From Antedon mediterranea (taxonomy: Eukaryota > Animalia > Echinodermata), in the NCBI RefSeq assembly GCF_964355755.1, contig NC_092676.1:7479888-7543887 (forward strand): DNA of 64,000 bases, read 5' to 3'. Under the pieces are notes generated by a model that did no database searches, was not told the DNA's origin, and saw only the letters and a program-made list of their open reading frames with translations. Below, in pieces: positions 13,486-26,029 of this stretch. The stretch's first letter is position 1, and each line of letters begins with the position of its first letter. Position numbers and translations under genes: made by a program.

Positions 13486-13799
13486 GTTTGCCAGATGGCG
13501 CCATAGACTTATTTTAAAAAGAGGACTGATTTTACCAATCTTAATATAAATACAGTATATACGGCATAATCTTTTCTAACTTTGATGTTCTCTTTATAAT
13601 ATACCAAGGTATATTTTCAGTCATACAATTTGTTTTTCCATTTATTCCTGATATAGGATTGGTTAAGTATTTTATTTAAAAAACAGTTTTATTTAATTTT
13701 ATAGACAAATTTTAATGTAGTCAAGAGTCTTGGTGTGACACAATAAAACAATTTTGCCAAATCATAGAAAAATTCTGTAATACATCACCTAATATCACA

Positions 13800-14295
13800 C
13801 AATCTGTTTGTCGTTTAATAAGGCCTAGAGACTTGCACATTTTAGTTTGGTTTGAAAATTGTAAAGCACTTTTTATTATATCCGTTGCGAATCACAACCG
13901 AACTATTCTGACTCAAGTTTTATATATTATGATATTTAAAATAACAAAAATTTTATTTAAAAAAAATTGTATTATTGTTTGAATACAGAAATTAAATTTA
14001 GGCGATTCCGGTAAAAACTGAATAGAATATAAATGAAAATGTGTGTAAATTTATAAATTATACACCTGCACAAAATGTAGGCCTTAGTAACCCATACAAT
14101 GTGAATGCATTTGTCGCTTTTATGCGTTCCAGTAAAATCATCTTACGTCACAGTACGTACACAATTTATTTTTATGTTAAAATTAAAGTCGTCACATGTG
14201 GTAGGCCTACTTATGTCACGCTGTGTATCAAGATTTTGCCTATATGATAAATAATACATAACACGTTCTTTGGTTAAAATAGATCAATTATATAT
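13800..14295. repeat. Direct repeat copy A (copy B at 26030-26450)
   Basis: Near-identical core TTTATAAATTATACACCTGCAC...TTTTGCCTATATGATAAATAATACATAAC in both copies. Confidence 0.9.
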
Positions 14296-14342
14296 TATTT
14301 GAAACAATACTAATTTAGATTCTTCTTGAAATTAAAAAATTC

Positions 14343-15122
14343 TTATTCAATGTGATCAATTAAGTCTTCGATGGCTGGTCGTTGGTCTGGTCTGGAATGA
14401 AGGCAGGGTCCACTGATATCCATTAGCGGCATTAATGCTTTATTAGCGGCAATGCCTTCAATTATGACACCAAAACTGTAGATGTCGGAGGCAAAGGTCG
14501 GTGGTGTGTTGATGTTATACAGCTCTGGTGCATTTTCCGGGTGATCTTGCATGAGGTCAAAAATATCGGCTTTGTCGGTATTGTTCAATTGGAAGACATC
14601 AAACGGTGCTTCTGCGGTGCAAACTGAGCCAAAGTCTACAATTTTTGCAGAGATACGAGAACCCTTGTTGTAAAGAAGAACATTCTGAGTCGCCAGGTCA
14701 TTGTGAATCAAGCCATTCATCTGAAGTACCTCAACTCCTTCTGCCATGTCCATAATAATGCGAAAACAATCAATCGTGGTAATATGTGGTGAACCAGATG
14801 CTAAAGCTTTCATCAATGATGTTGATTTGAATGATGTTGAGTCGCCAACAAATTCCATAACAATGGCCCACTGTGTGTCGGAGGTAACTGCTTCACAAAC
14901 ACCATAAACCCATGGAAACACGTCGCTTTTTTGGGATAGCACCTTCATTATTCTAGCTTCAAGGGAAACTGCCAGCTTGTCGGCGAACCGGTTGAATTTT
15001 CTAGACTTATTGGTTGTTGTGATGATAGCCTTAACAGCCACAAGTTTGCCATTACAATCTCCAAGGCGATTAAGCAAAACTCTGCCACGTATACAATAAT
15101 TTATAATGTTTCTTTCTGTCAT
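14343..15122 (-). CDS. Protein kinase domain (TK/TKL-like, non-RD); probably the last exon of a multi-exon gene
   Basis: VAVK, alphaC E (LEAR), HNDLATQNVL, DFG, APE and SDIYSFG motifs; no GxGxxG loop in the ORF; candidate upstream exons at 15196-15800 and 15940-16006. Confidence 0.8.
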   Translation of the reverse strand: MTERNIINYCIRGRVLLNRLGDCNGKLVAVKAIITTTNKSRKFNRFADKLAVSLEARIMKVLSQKSDVFPWVYGVCEAVTSDTQWAIVMEFVGDSTSFKSTSLMKALASGSPHITTIDCFRIIMDMAEGVEVLQMNGLIHNDLATQNVLLYNKGSRISAKIVDFGSVCTAEAPFDVFQLNNTDKADIFDLMQDHPENAPELYNINTPPTFASDIYSFGVIIEGIAANKALMPLMDISGPCLHSRPDQRPAIEDLIDHIE

Positions 15123-16063
15123 AAAAACATTTAAAGATTATCTGTCAAAAGCTTTGATTGGAGTGTTGAACATTTCAAATTCAATTAAACCTACCTGGTG
15201 ACTATCCTTCGTTGCTGAATACAGGCAATCAGATGGCAAACATTGAACATGGTTTTTAAGATTTGCATCCATTATCCGAATTTCAATTGACATGCGTTTT
15301 ATCTAGTGTTCTGAAGTTGGAGAAGTCTTGAAGTCTTGTTTGCTCCAAGTGTTACTGAATGAGGTCAGTGGGCTAGACAGACTTGAGTAATGTCCATTGG
15401 TCGTAAGGATGTTACTTTCACTTCCATCTGGTGTGTATCCAATTGCCGGTACATTATTGATAACGTCCATGAGGCACCATTTTCTTATCCAGTTAAGAGC
15501 TACCATTGAGTCAGGTTCGCCGTTTCTACGTCCAAAGACGCGTCCATCCAGAATAATCTTCCAAATCCACTTATTATACCATTGTCAATGCCAAATGGCA
15601 TTATTATCGTATCCGATGGCCGTTGTTTGGGGCAGGGTGAGAATAGCAATTCCATATGATTTGGATAATTGCAATTCTTAAGGCAGGTGGTGGTACGCTC
15701 AACCAAGTTTGAAATGATGTTTGATCATTGTCATCATCGTTAGCATTGTAGAAACAGCACATGACATATTTCCTGAAAAAGCCTGTAATGGCTGACCGGC
15801 TGAAAATTAAAGAAAATATTTCTTTATTGTATTTTGGGGTGTATTTTTTATAATCGGAATATTTTCATTATACTTCGTCATACATTTTCATTCTTTTTTT
15901 TCTCTGCTAAAAACAATTAATTGACTCTATGTAACATACCTGTTCTTAAAGCATTTTCTGGGTTTCCAAGTTTTAAATGGGTTTCTCCACGACCTTCCAG
16001 GCATCTCTGAAAAAGGACATATGGGAATGTCAGTAGGCTTAAATTCAAGTTACGATAGACTGG

Positions 16064-17094
16064 CAGGCCCGTAGCCAGGGGGGGGGGGGGTTTATGGTTC
16101 GGGCGAACCCCCCCCCCCCCCTTTTACAGCGAACCCCCCTTAACCGACTGCGAACCCCCATCCCCGACATGCCCAATACCTCACCCTCATCTCCAAAAAT
16201 CCTCAAAATACGTGCCCCACAGTACAAAAAATTGTTTGTAAATTGAAAAATTCGTAAACTTGTTCGTGAACCTTCTTCTCTGTATGAGCGTCAACTAGCG
16301 ATACGTGTCTGTAAATTTCTAAAAGCTGCAAATGAATTGCCGATTTTAACCTGAAAAATAAATGTTTGGTCCCTGCATGTAACATGATATTGACGCGTCT
16401 CATAGCGAACTGGGGCACGAACGATTCGTACAAAGGACACCGCCAGACAACTGCGTACCTATAATTGTTTAGATCACTGGCAGTCAGGCAGCATGCATAA
16501 AGTATATAGCCTTCCGACGTACATCAGTATTTATGTGTGACTATGAAGTATAATGTATCATAGAGGATTATAGTGAATATTAATATTTTACACTATAATA
16601 TCTATGGTATCAAGTACTGTAGTTCACATTATGGCATCCGATTATTTTTTTCTAGACCACCAGCCGATACGTACTAAAATGTATCAATATCACCTATTTA
16701 AATATTTATATTCCTCAACAAATTGCTGTAAATAAATATTATAGATAGAGCTAGCAAATAGCATTTGCCTTCAACCAGTGTGCTTTTTTCGGGGCTGCTC
16801 CTAGATGTACGTTCGCATTGAACTTGAACGCAAAACAAAATACGGAGTAAATGATCAAACAATCGGTTCCGCACAGAGCACGCGCATCTAACATACGGCA
16901 ACAAATAGTTATCGTCCTTTAAATTATCGACGTGTTTGAGAAGGAGGAAAAAAGTACGATCTTTTTTGCTCATTGGTAGCATGCTGCACGAGAGTGTCTT
17001 TTCCGGCCATCTAGGGGTGTCATTTAACAAAATTCGCTTCGCATCAGGCCCCACCCCCCGAACCCCCACTTGACAGATCCTGGCTACGGCCCTG
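16064..17094. mobile_element. Non-autonomous hAT-like element with 5-bp TSD (hAT5-like)
   Basis: TIRs CAGGCCCGTAGCCAGG / CCTGGCTACGGCCCTG (1 mismatch); ACTGG on both flanks. Confidence 0.75.
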
Positions 17095-17459
17095 ACTGGT
17101 ATGGTTCGTGTTACTTCGACCGCTGCCCCATATACAAATGCAAGATGCCCTATTAAATACTAATTCTCTATTTATGAATAAAACAGTGTAATCTTTGTTA
17201 ATATAGTCTCTGCGCCATATACAAATAAATGTCCTATAAATAATGAATATTATTTAAAATATTGCTTCCTCTAGAAGAAGTAGCAAAAACAATTCTAACA
17301 GAAAGTATTCTAAAATAAAAAAACAGAAACATGTTTTAAACAACATCAACTCCAGTTGATGCTTGATTCTTAAAATCGAATATACCAGGAGAAGCAAAAC
17401 ATGAAACGTGTTCCTAAGTGTGCCTAAAAAGTCGAACGGGGTTTTAATTCTTTATTTAG

Positions 17460-19850
17460 TAACGTAACTCACCGTACACCACTCTAAATGAGTGGTGCAA
17501 GAGGCTGGTGGGCCGGTCGTGGCCCTCTATTAGCCCCCCTCGTCTTCTGAAATTTTCTTTTTAATAGTATGGTTGTGTCAACTTCTACTGTACTGGCAGG
17601 GAAAGCATTCCATGAATTTACGACTCGTTGGGTAAAAAAATGACGACGGCAATTTAATCGAGCATTATTCTTATTCAATTTATGTTTATGACCCCTAGTG
17701 GCGGTATATTCAGACTTTTGAAAAAGTAAATCACTATCAATAGCCTCTTTGTTAGAAAGAAAATTATATGTTTGAATCATGTCCCCTCTGTGTCGTCTTT
17801 CTTCTAAGGTTGTTAAATTAAAAACTTTTAACCTATCTGCATAGGGCATGCCATGCAAACTAGGTGGTAGCCTAGTTGCTCTCCTCTGAACTTTTTCTAA
17901 TAAAAGAATGTCTTTCCTTAGTTGAGGAGACCATGCCTGGACTGCAAATTCGAGATGAGGCCTGACTAATCCAATATAAAGCGATTTAATCATGTCAACT
18001 GATTTATATTTAATGGATCTTTTAATAGTACCTAAAACTCGATTAGCTGTTTCGGCTGCTGCTACACATTGTTTACTAGTCTTAAGAGATTTATCAATAA
18101 TCACTCCCAAGTCTTTTTGTTCTGTTACTTCATCTAGGATAACCCCATCAAGTTCATAAGAATGATTCGGATTATTAAATCCTAGGTGCATGACATTGCA
18201 TTTACTACTATTAAAGCTCATTAGGGATTCACGACACCAAAGTGATAACTTGTCAATATCATTTTGTAGTACTCCAGAATCGACCTCGGAACGCACACTT
18301 CCAAACAATTTAATGTCATCAACAAATTTCAACAATGAAGAATCAATGGAAAAATCTATGTCATCAATAAAAATGAGAAAAAGCACCGGTCCGAGGACCG
18401 AACCCTGAGGCACACCACTATGAACAGGGGCCCACTCAGATTTCCTACCATTCACAACAACCCTTTGAGATCTATCACTAAGCCAATTTTGTATCCACAT
18501 GCCAAATGGACCTTCAATACCATGAACCAAAACTTTATTCATCAACCTTACATGAGAAACTTTATCGAAGGCCTTTTGGAAATCAAAATATATTACATCT
18601 ACTGGTAAACCCTGGTCAATATCATATGTCACCTTCTCAAGAAACATTAGTAAATTTGTCAGACAAGATCTTCCTTTCAAGAACCCATGTTGGGATGTAT
18701 TCAGTAAATGTAACGAGTAAAGATGATCAATAATATCATCCCTCAAGACAGATTCCATCAATTTACAAAAATGGGAAGTTAAACTAACAGGCCTATAGTC
18801 TGCTGGTGATTTCTTAGATCCTTTTTTAAAAATAGGGGAAACATTGGCTTTCTTCCATAAAGGAGGAACATAATTTTCGTCAAAACATCTCTGAAATAGA
18901 CGGACTAAAGGAGTCGCAATAACACTAGCAGACTCATTCCCATCCATTAAGTTTATTCATTTTGTTGGCCTCCCTCAAAATCTTAAATTTTTTGTCAACA
19001 TTTTGGACAGTGACAATAAGGATACCATTACTGGCTGAACGACCCTCATCACGTTTTATCCTGTACACATTCTCGATAGCTATATCTGAGAGCCCCAACA
19101 CATTATGGACAATATGATCTACAAGTTCGATTTCTGTTAAGACTTTACCCCCATACTTCCTTAATTCAATTTCTCTGGTTAACCCCCTAAATACTAATTT
19201 GTTAGCTTTTCTTTCTTTTTGGATGGCTTCATTAACTTCATCGCTAATTAATTTATGTAATTTCTCGTAGTCGACATGCTCACTAATACTGTTATTAGTT
19301 AATTTCATATTATCAATTTCACTAGATAGTAAATCAACCTTTGACTCCAGTTTCTCACAATGTTTTTGGACATTAAGTACCACAGCCATGACATTATTAA
19401 CAGATCTACTACAAGACTTGCAATACCAATGAAACTGGTCCATTTCTTGATCTTTTAAATTTCCGATAGTGGAATACAATTCACTAGAAACCCCTTCTTG
19501 ACAATTACAGTGAAACTATAACTTGCAAAGTCCACATTGCATGATGCCTCATCGTTATCACCAACCTCCAAATCACATTTACCACATAGACTACTTGGAT
19601 CAGTATTAATACTGTTATTAGACTGGTCTTTCTTACTACTAGTCTTTTTTTTGCTAACTGAAGTTTGCTTCCGAAGTGCCGAAGCCATGGCTCCTGAGTA
19701 GTAGGAGTCTCGGTTGTTATAATCTTTAAACTGATTCATATCTAAACGAATTGAAGTATTTAACATTTAAATTAAGTATACATTATATTGTAGCATAATA
19801 ATAAACAATAAGTAGAAACTTACTGAGCTATGTAGATTCCGTGTTCACTC
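17460..19850 (-). mobile_element. CR1-like non-LTR retrotransposon: frameshifted PHD-type ORF1 plus RT, endonuclease region missing
   Basis: ORF1 LCGKC...WYCKSC and coiled coil (18934-19766); RT QHGF, DFQKAFD, GVPQGSVLGP, FVDD (17484-18947). Confidence 0.88.
17484..18947 (-). CDS. Reverse transcriptase (LINE ORF2, N-terminally truncated)
   Basis: 487-aa ORF with YRPVSLTS, GVPQGSVLGP, FVDD and a CR1-type C-terminus. Confidence 0.9.
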   Translation of the reverse strand: MDGNESASVIATPLVRLFQRCFDENYVPPLWKKANVSPIFKKGSKKSPADYRPVSLTSHFCKLMESVLRDDIIDHLYSLHLLNTSQHGFLKGRSCLTNLLMFLEKVTYDIDQGLPVDVIYFDFQKAFDKVSHVRLMNKVLVHGIEGPFGMWIQNWLSDRSQRVVVNGRKSEWAPVHSGVPQGSVLGPVLFLIFIDDIDFSIDSSLLKFVDDIKLFGSVRSEVDSGVLQNDIDKLSLWCRESLMSFNSSKCNVMHLGFNNPNHSYELDGVILDEVTEQKDLGVIIDKSLKTSKQCVAAAETANRVLGTIKRSIKYKSVDMIKSLYIGLVRPHLEFAVQAWSPQLRKDILLLEKVQRRATRLPPSLHGMPYADRLKVFNLTTLEERRHRGDMIQTYNFLSNKEAIDSDLLFQKSEYTATRGHKHKLNKNNARLNCRRHFFTQRVVNSWNAFPASTVEVDTTILLKRKFQKTRGANRGPRPAHQPLAPLI

Positions 19851-20054
19851 TTTGAAAATTCATCCAAGTTATGTTTAGTTTAGTTGTCATGCAGTTCCTC
19901 ATGAAAACATCGTTACCTTGACACAAACGCGCGCGTAAGGAAGTGTGCATGAAGAAAGCGGAAATGCGTTACGCGTACAGCTAGCAACAACACACGTTGA
20001 TGGTTGGATTGAATCTTACACAATATGCCGTTTAAAATAATATAAATGCCTAAA

Positions 20055-20283
20055 TGTGACCTCCAGTCACGTGTAAAAGGCAAATAACAGAAACTTGTAA
20101 CGCGTTATTGTGTCAAACGGTTTTAAATCTATCTGTGACTATGACTTTTGGAATGAAACATGGTGAAGATGACTGTTCACTTTCGGAGAAAACAACACAG
20201 TATCCTCGGTAACATGAGAAGCACGAAAGGTAATTAAAAAATAAAGTATGGGACGCCAAATGCGTCGTACTCAAGCTGTAACA
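20055..20283 (-). repeat. 3' LTR of BEL/Pao element
   Basis: TGTTAC...GTCACA on the minus strand; similar to 25824-26009. Confidence 0.85.
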
Positions 20284-23200
20284 CACCGGCTCCTAAAGGC
20301 GCCACTAACCAGCCTTTACAAATTCAAACAGTAAGCTTGAGTTTAACTACATAAAGATTAAATACAAGTTTATAAAGTTCATATCTTAAAACAAATCACT
20401 TGCGGCTTCAAGCGATACCAATTTTGAGATTGGTCGAACGATAGTTGACGTTTTAGTCTTCACTTTAGCAGATCTAACAACACCATCTGCAGTGCTTGTG
20501 TATACTTCCACGACAACTGCCAGCGGCCATGAATTCCGTGGAGTTAACTCATTCACAACGATTACAACGTCACCGACCTTGAGGTTTCCATGCTTGTGAT
20601 GCCATTTGCGCCTTTCCTGTAGAGAGGGCAGGTACTCTAGTTTCCATCTACGCCATAATAAGTCGGCCATGTACTGAACTTGCCGCCAGCGCTTGTTTGC
20701 ATGAGCATAATCTCGCGTAAGTGTTGCTGGTGGTAGTTGAGAACCTGTGCGTAACAGCAATAGGTGATTCGGAGTCTATGGCTCGCTATCCTTCGGATCA
20801 TCAGACACCTTTGTAAGTGGTCGATTATTGATAATGTTTTCTACCCCACAAAACAGGGTTTTTAATCCTTCCTCCAATATTTGTTCCTGTATTAATCCAC
20901 TTAAAACTTTACGTACTGTTCGAATACACCTTTCCCACACTCCGCCGAAATGAGAGGCTAGAGGAGGGTTAAATATCCACACAATATGTCGTTGCAGGAG
21001 GTATTGGTGAATTTGGTCTTGATTCCACAGTTCAATTGCAGCCTTTAACTCCTTATTCCCCATAACAAAATTTCCTCCATTGTCAGAGCGAATCTCTACT
21101 GGAGTTCCTCTTCTGGCAATAAATCTCCTTAAAGCGTTAATAAACGAAGTAGTGTCCAAGGAACACTTGACCTTCCTTGTCTCACGTAAAATGGACCGAA
21201 ACAGTCCACTCCAATGGTGGTGTAGATTTAACGCGATCAGCTGGTAGATCGGACATCTTTTGTTGCATTACTGGCCCTGTATTCTTACGGCACTTCACAC
21301 ATCGGCGAACAACTGACTTCAAATTTACTCTTCCACCGATCGGCCAGAATCGTTGACGTATCGCGGCCAGTGTATGCTCTACGCCGGAATGTCCGGAAAT
21401 AGCATGATAGTGTCGTAGGATAAGTAAGGTTACATGGTGATTCTTTGGAAGGATAATTTGATGTTTTGCTGCATCACTAATTTCAGATCTTTTCAATCTA
21501 CCACCTACTCGCATCAAACCGTTCCTTACAATTGGATCTAGCTTTATGAGAGAGCTATCCTTCTTGACTTGTTGATTGGTTTGGAGATGGTTAACTTCAG
21601 AGTGAAGTGCTTGATTTTGTATGTATCTGAATATTACTGTCTCAGCGTTTTTACACTCATCAACGGATATGAAACTGTTAATGTTGGTACCTTTGTTCTT
21701 TACTCTGCTTCGCCATTGTAGTATCCAAGCAAAAACCTTTATCAACTTGGTCCAACTTGAAAGCGGTTGATGAGGTCATTTATTCTGTCGTCATCTAATT
21801 TAACGGTTACAGCGTTTACAGTTTTTACTTCTGGATCTTCTACGATAGTATTAAAGTCGGTAGGCATTTGAGGCCATTAACTTTCATCTTCCATCAAGAA
21901 ACTGGGACCAGTGAACCACATTTCACTTGTTGTCATATCCTCTGCAGACATTCCGCGTGAGGCTAGATCGGCTGGATTTGAGCGGAACTGACGTGTCGCC
22001 ACTGTTCCTTAGTTGTTTGGTTAAGGATTGCTGTCACTCTATTCCCAACGAATGTCTTGGATCTCGTTTCTTCATTGTTCAAATATCTCAACACGCATGT
22101 GCTGTCTGTCCAACAAACTGTTCTATCGATTTTTATTTCATGCAGCTCTTCTCGAATGATTCTGTCAAGGCGACTTGCCAGGATAGCTGATTGTAGTTCC
22201 AATCTAGGAATTGTCTGGGTCTTGACCGGAGCAAGTCTTGACTTCGCAGTCACAAGGGTCCCGCATACGTTTCCACACTCGTCCTTCTGGTAAAGGTAGG
22301 ATGGAGCTCTGTAGCTCGTGGATGATGCATCTCCAAAATGATGCAACTCTCTATACGTGACGTTGCCGAAATCTGACGGTTTGTAGCAACGTCTGAACTC
22401 TGAAGTTCCTTTAACCATTCGTGCCATCTAATCTGCAGTTCTACTGGAATAGCTTCGTCCCATTTGCATCCAATCAAACACAGTTCTCGGAGTAGCAGCT
22501 TTGCCTTTAATATGAATAATATGAATGGTGTTATTAGTCCTAGAGGGTCGTAGACGGATGCTACTACAGACAAAATTCCCTTCTTGTACTGGGTTGCTTC
22601 TTTGGAGAAATAACGTATCCAAGTGCATCTTGTTTTACAAACCAGTGTACTCCAAGTGCTCTTTGTTGTTCCCCTCCAAACAATGATGTTGAAGCATTCT
22701 GTTCACTGTCTGTGAGCGTGGATACAAGTTGGTTGGAGTTTGAGACCCACTTGGTCAAGTTGACTCCACGAGTCAGCAAATTCTTTAATTCCTTAGCAAG
22801 CCCAATGGCTAGTGTCTCTTCGCTGTCTACGGATTTGAGACAGTCGTCTACGTAAAAGTTGTTGTTGACTACGTTAGTTACAACAGGATCGAAATCATCC
22901 GCATGGTCTTTGGCAACCTTCCGGAGAGCAAAATAGGAACTAGGTGAAGACTTTCCTCCGAAAAGATGTACAACCATCTGGTACTCTTGTGGGTTCATAT
23001 TCAGATTGCCGTCTTCCCACCATAAGTATGATAGGTAGTGACTATCAGTCTCTCCAACCTTTACTTGGTAGAACATCTTTTCGATGTCCACTGCAAAGGC
23101 GATGGGTCCCAGACGAAAGCGCAGTAGTACACCGACGAATGTGTTTGTAAGATCAGGACCTTGGTAAAGTTTATCATTTAAGCAAACACCTTGATACTTA

Positions 23201-25823
23201 GCTGACCCATCGAACACTACTCGAACCTTTTCTGGTTTTTGTGGGTTCAACACCGGATGGTGCGGCAAATACCATCTAGGTTGGTCTTTCTGCAACGCCT
23301 CTTCTGCGTAGCTCTTTAACAACAGGTCGTTCATAAAATCTGTGTACTTCGTGTGAAGTGTACTCTCCTTGATCAGCCTAGATTTTAGAAGATTGAGTCT
23401 TTTCAGCGCCACAGCCTTGTTGTTTGGAAATTCCTCAGGTGGGCTTTTCCATGGCATCGATACTTGGTAATGGCCGTTTTTTAATTTAGTCGATTCTTGC
23501 ATCATCTGTAGTGCTTGAAGGTCGTTCCGAGACATAACTGTCTTCTCAGTTGGGATATCATTGAACTCAATGTTACAAAGTTGCTTAAACTGCTCTTCCA
23601 GTGGTTCTGCACGGATAAAATTGCAGTTGAAGTCAACGGACCATTCACAACCCAACCAAGAGCTGTTCGTGTGGCGTATGGCCCACATAGCTGGTTTCAC
23701 TTCATATGGTTGGTGTAGTTCTGGTAGGTCTCCCCCAATCAGCAAATCAACATTTGCATCAATGGTATCTATGTTTACCCCTTCCAGGTGCACCCAATTC
23801 TTAATATCATCTTTCGTGGCAATTGCACTTTTTGAGACTGGAAATTTTGGTTTTGTGTGAACGTTTGGTGCTGCAAAGACTGCATCACCATTCAGGGTTA
23901 AAATTTCTAATGAGATGGTTGCATTCCGATGATGATTGACCGTTTACTGTTGTTAATTTTAACTGGACTCTCTTGCCTTTCGCATTTAATTTGTAAGCCA
24001 GGGCGTCTGTGCAGAAGGTTGCAGTTGATCCATTGTCCAGAAATGCGTACGTTTTGATTGTCTTTCTGGTTCCTGGGCACCTTACTTTAACAGGTACTAC
24101 AGCTAAACCTACTCGTGCCGCATTTCCGTAACTGCCATTGATGACTTTGAATTATTGAGTTGAGTGGTGATTGCACTACTACTTTGGTCTGGAGTTGGAA
24201 CTGCTGCTGTATGTGCAGTCGCATTAGCATCAGCTCTAACAGGTCGTTTTGGAGTATGAAGGAAGCCCGAATGTTTCAGGGTACACTTTTTGCAAAAACT
24301 GTTCTTCGGGCACCAAGAAACAAAATGTCCATGCGTTAAACAGTTCCGACAGAGTTGCTCATTGCACATCAGGCACTTGATACCATTTCTTGTGGTTGTT
24401 GTGGTCGATGCGGTGAAGGACTTTTTAACTTCTAATGTGTTGGTCAGAGTAATGAAGCTTGGGTCATTTCGCATTTTGGCTTCCGACCGTATAAAATCAC
24501 AAAAGAATCGAAATGGTGGAAAAGACACTTGATGAGTCGCCTTGTAATTAGATCCCTTCTTGACCCAACTTTCTCTTAGGTTGGGTGGCAGCTTTTGTAT
24601 AATGTGACTTATACCTTGAGACGAATCCAGACTCGCAAGACCTGGATATTTCCCTGTCTCCTTTACGTGGAGAACTTCCAACAGTAAATGACTTAATTGA
24701 AGCAGCTTTTCCAAGATTAAACCTTGAGAATTCCTGTAGTCGCTTAGTAATGCTTAGCTCAACTGCCTCTGGGGCACCATAAGTTTCATCGAGTAAAGTC
24801 CAAATGTGTCGTAAGGCTTCACTAGGGTTTTCTATATAAACTGCATGTAGAGGACCAACTAGTGCTCTTGATTTATCGCCAAGACATTTCATTACAATAT
24901 TTACCTCTTGGTTCACCGGCGGAACATGCAAATCTTTGATTGTATTGGAAAGCGTGATTTTCCAAGCACGGTATGAGGCTGGAGTATCATCAAACTGCCG
25001 GAGTCTGGTACTTAATCATTCCTTTCGAAATAGTACATTACCAATTTCTGTCATAACTATTTGAGTTTGGTCGGGCTGCTTGGTTGGTACTTCATCTCTG
25101 TATAGCAGTGGAGGTGCAATCAGTTCGAATTCTGGTGCTTGATCGAGGTTTGGTAGAGGTGAAGTGAATTTCATTAGTGGTGGCGGTGAAGCTGGCTTGT
25201 AATCAGATACTTGATTCAACAATTTTGGTGGTAATTGGTCAAGGTTTGGTAGAGGTGAAGCAAATTTCATCAGTGGTGGTGTTGAAGCTGGCTTGTAATC
25301 TTTAATGTGGGTAAATAATGGTGGTGGTGATATTGGCTTGTATTCAGGTACAGTACTTGGTTCAGCAATGGTGATGGTAATTGTTCAAGGTATTCTGGTA
25401 ATTGGTTCAACGATGGTGATGGTAATTGTTCAACGTCGAGGTGTGATGAAGATTGAATTGGTTCAGCAGGTTCCATACTAAACTATTCACTCATCACATC
25501 GCTGACATCATCGCACACGCTGTAAGTGCCGAAATCATAATCATCATCTTCAGATGATTGCAAATAGGAGTCTGCTCTTGCCTGACAAACTGCCTCATGT
25601 TCTTCTGCATTTAACAGTTGAACGTCTGCCTCAGCTATAGCTTTGATTCTTAATAGAGAAACTTTCTTCTTAGCAAATTCAACACGTGCCTTTGCCATGG
25701 CCAAATCAGCTCTCGCACGAGCATGGCTTATGCTCACATGACTACCACTCCTGCTCACTGACGATCCCGCTTGTGACATCGTATTCTTGCAAGTTTCCAC
25801 TCACATAGATTTAAAACTTAAAA

Positions 25824-26009
25824 TGTGACCTCCAGTCACGTGTAAAAGGCAAATAACAGAAACTTGTAAACAAACAAACAAACAACAAGGTGACTGCTCA
25901 CTTTCGGAGAAAACGACACAGTAACCTCGGTAACATGAGAAGCAAGAAAGGTAATTAAAAAATAAAGTATGGGACGCCAAATGCGTCGTACTGTACTCAA
26001 GCTGTAACA
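25824..26009 (-). repeat. 5' LTR of BEL/Pao element (internal segment replaced by AAAC microsatellite)
   Basis: Matches 20055-20283 at both ends. Confidence 0.85.
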
Positions 26010-26029
26010 CTGACCGTATACATTCAAAT

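Larger units (their letters stand above)
20055..26009 (-). mobile_element. BEL/Pao LTR retrotransposon, full domain set but multiply frameshifted
   Basis: Two LTRs; gag with Cys/His knuckles (~24290-24370), protease FLDNGS (~24030), RT YVDD, RNase H IPRLELQ, integrase SDNGGNF, C-terminal WKLEYLPSLQ..KW; PPT-like TTAGGAGCCGG. Confidence 0.92.

Noticed and set aside
14041-14247. 68-aa ORF repeated at 26169-26381
   Set aside because: Lies within a duplicated non-coding repeat; no recognisable protein features
16698-17069. 123-aa ORF as hAT transposase
   Set aside because: No hAT motifs; GTG start within the subterminal region
18190-18733. Plus-strand ORFs over the CR1 RT, and similar antisense ORFs over BEL, Gypsy and LINE regions
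   Set aside because: Shadow ORFs of the opposite-strand coding sequence
19900-20000. CpG/GGAAG-rich promoter-like patch
   Set aside because: Cannot be tied to a gene from sequence alone
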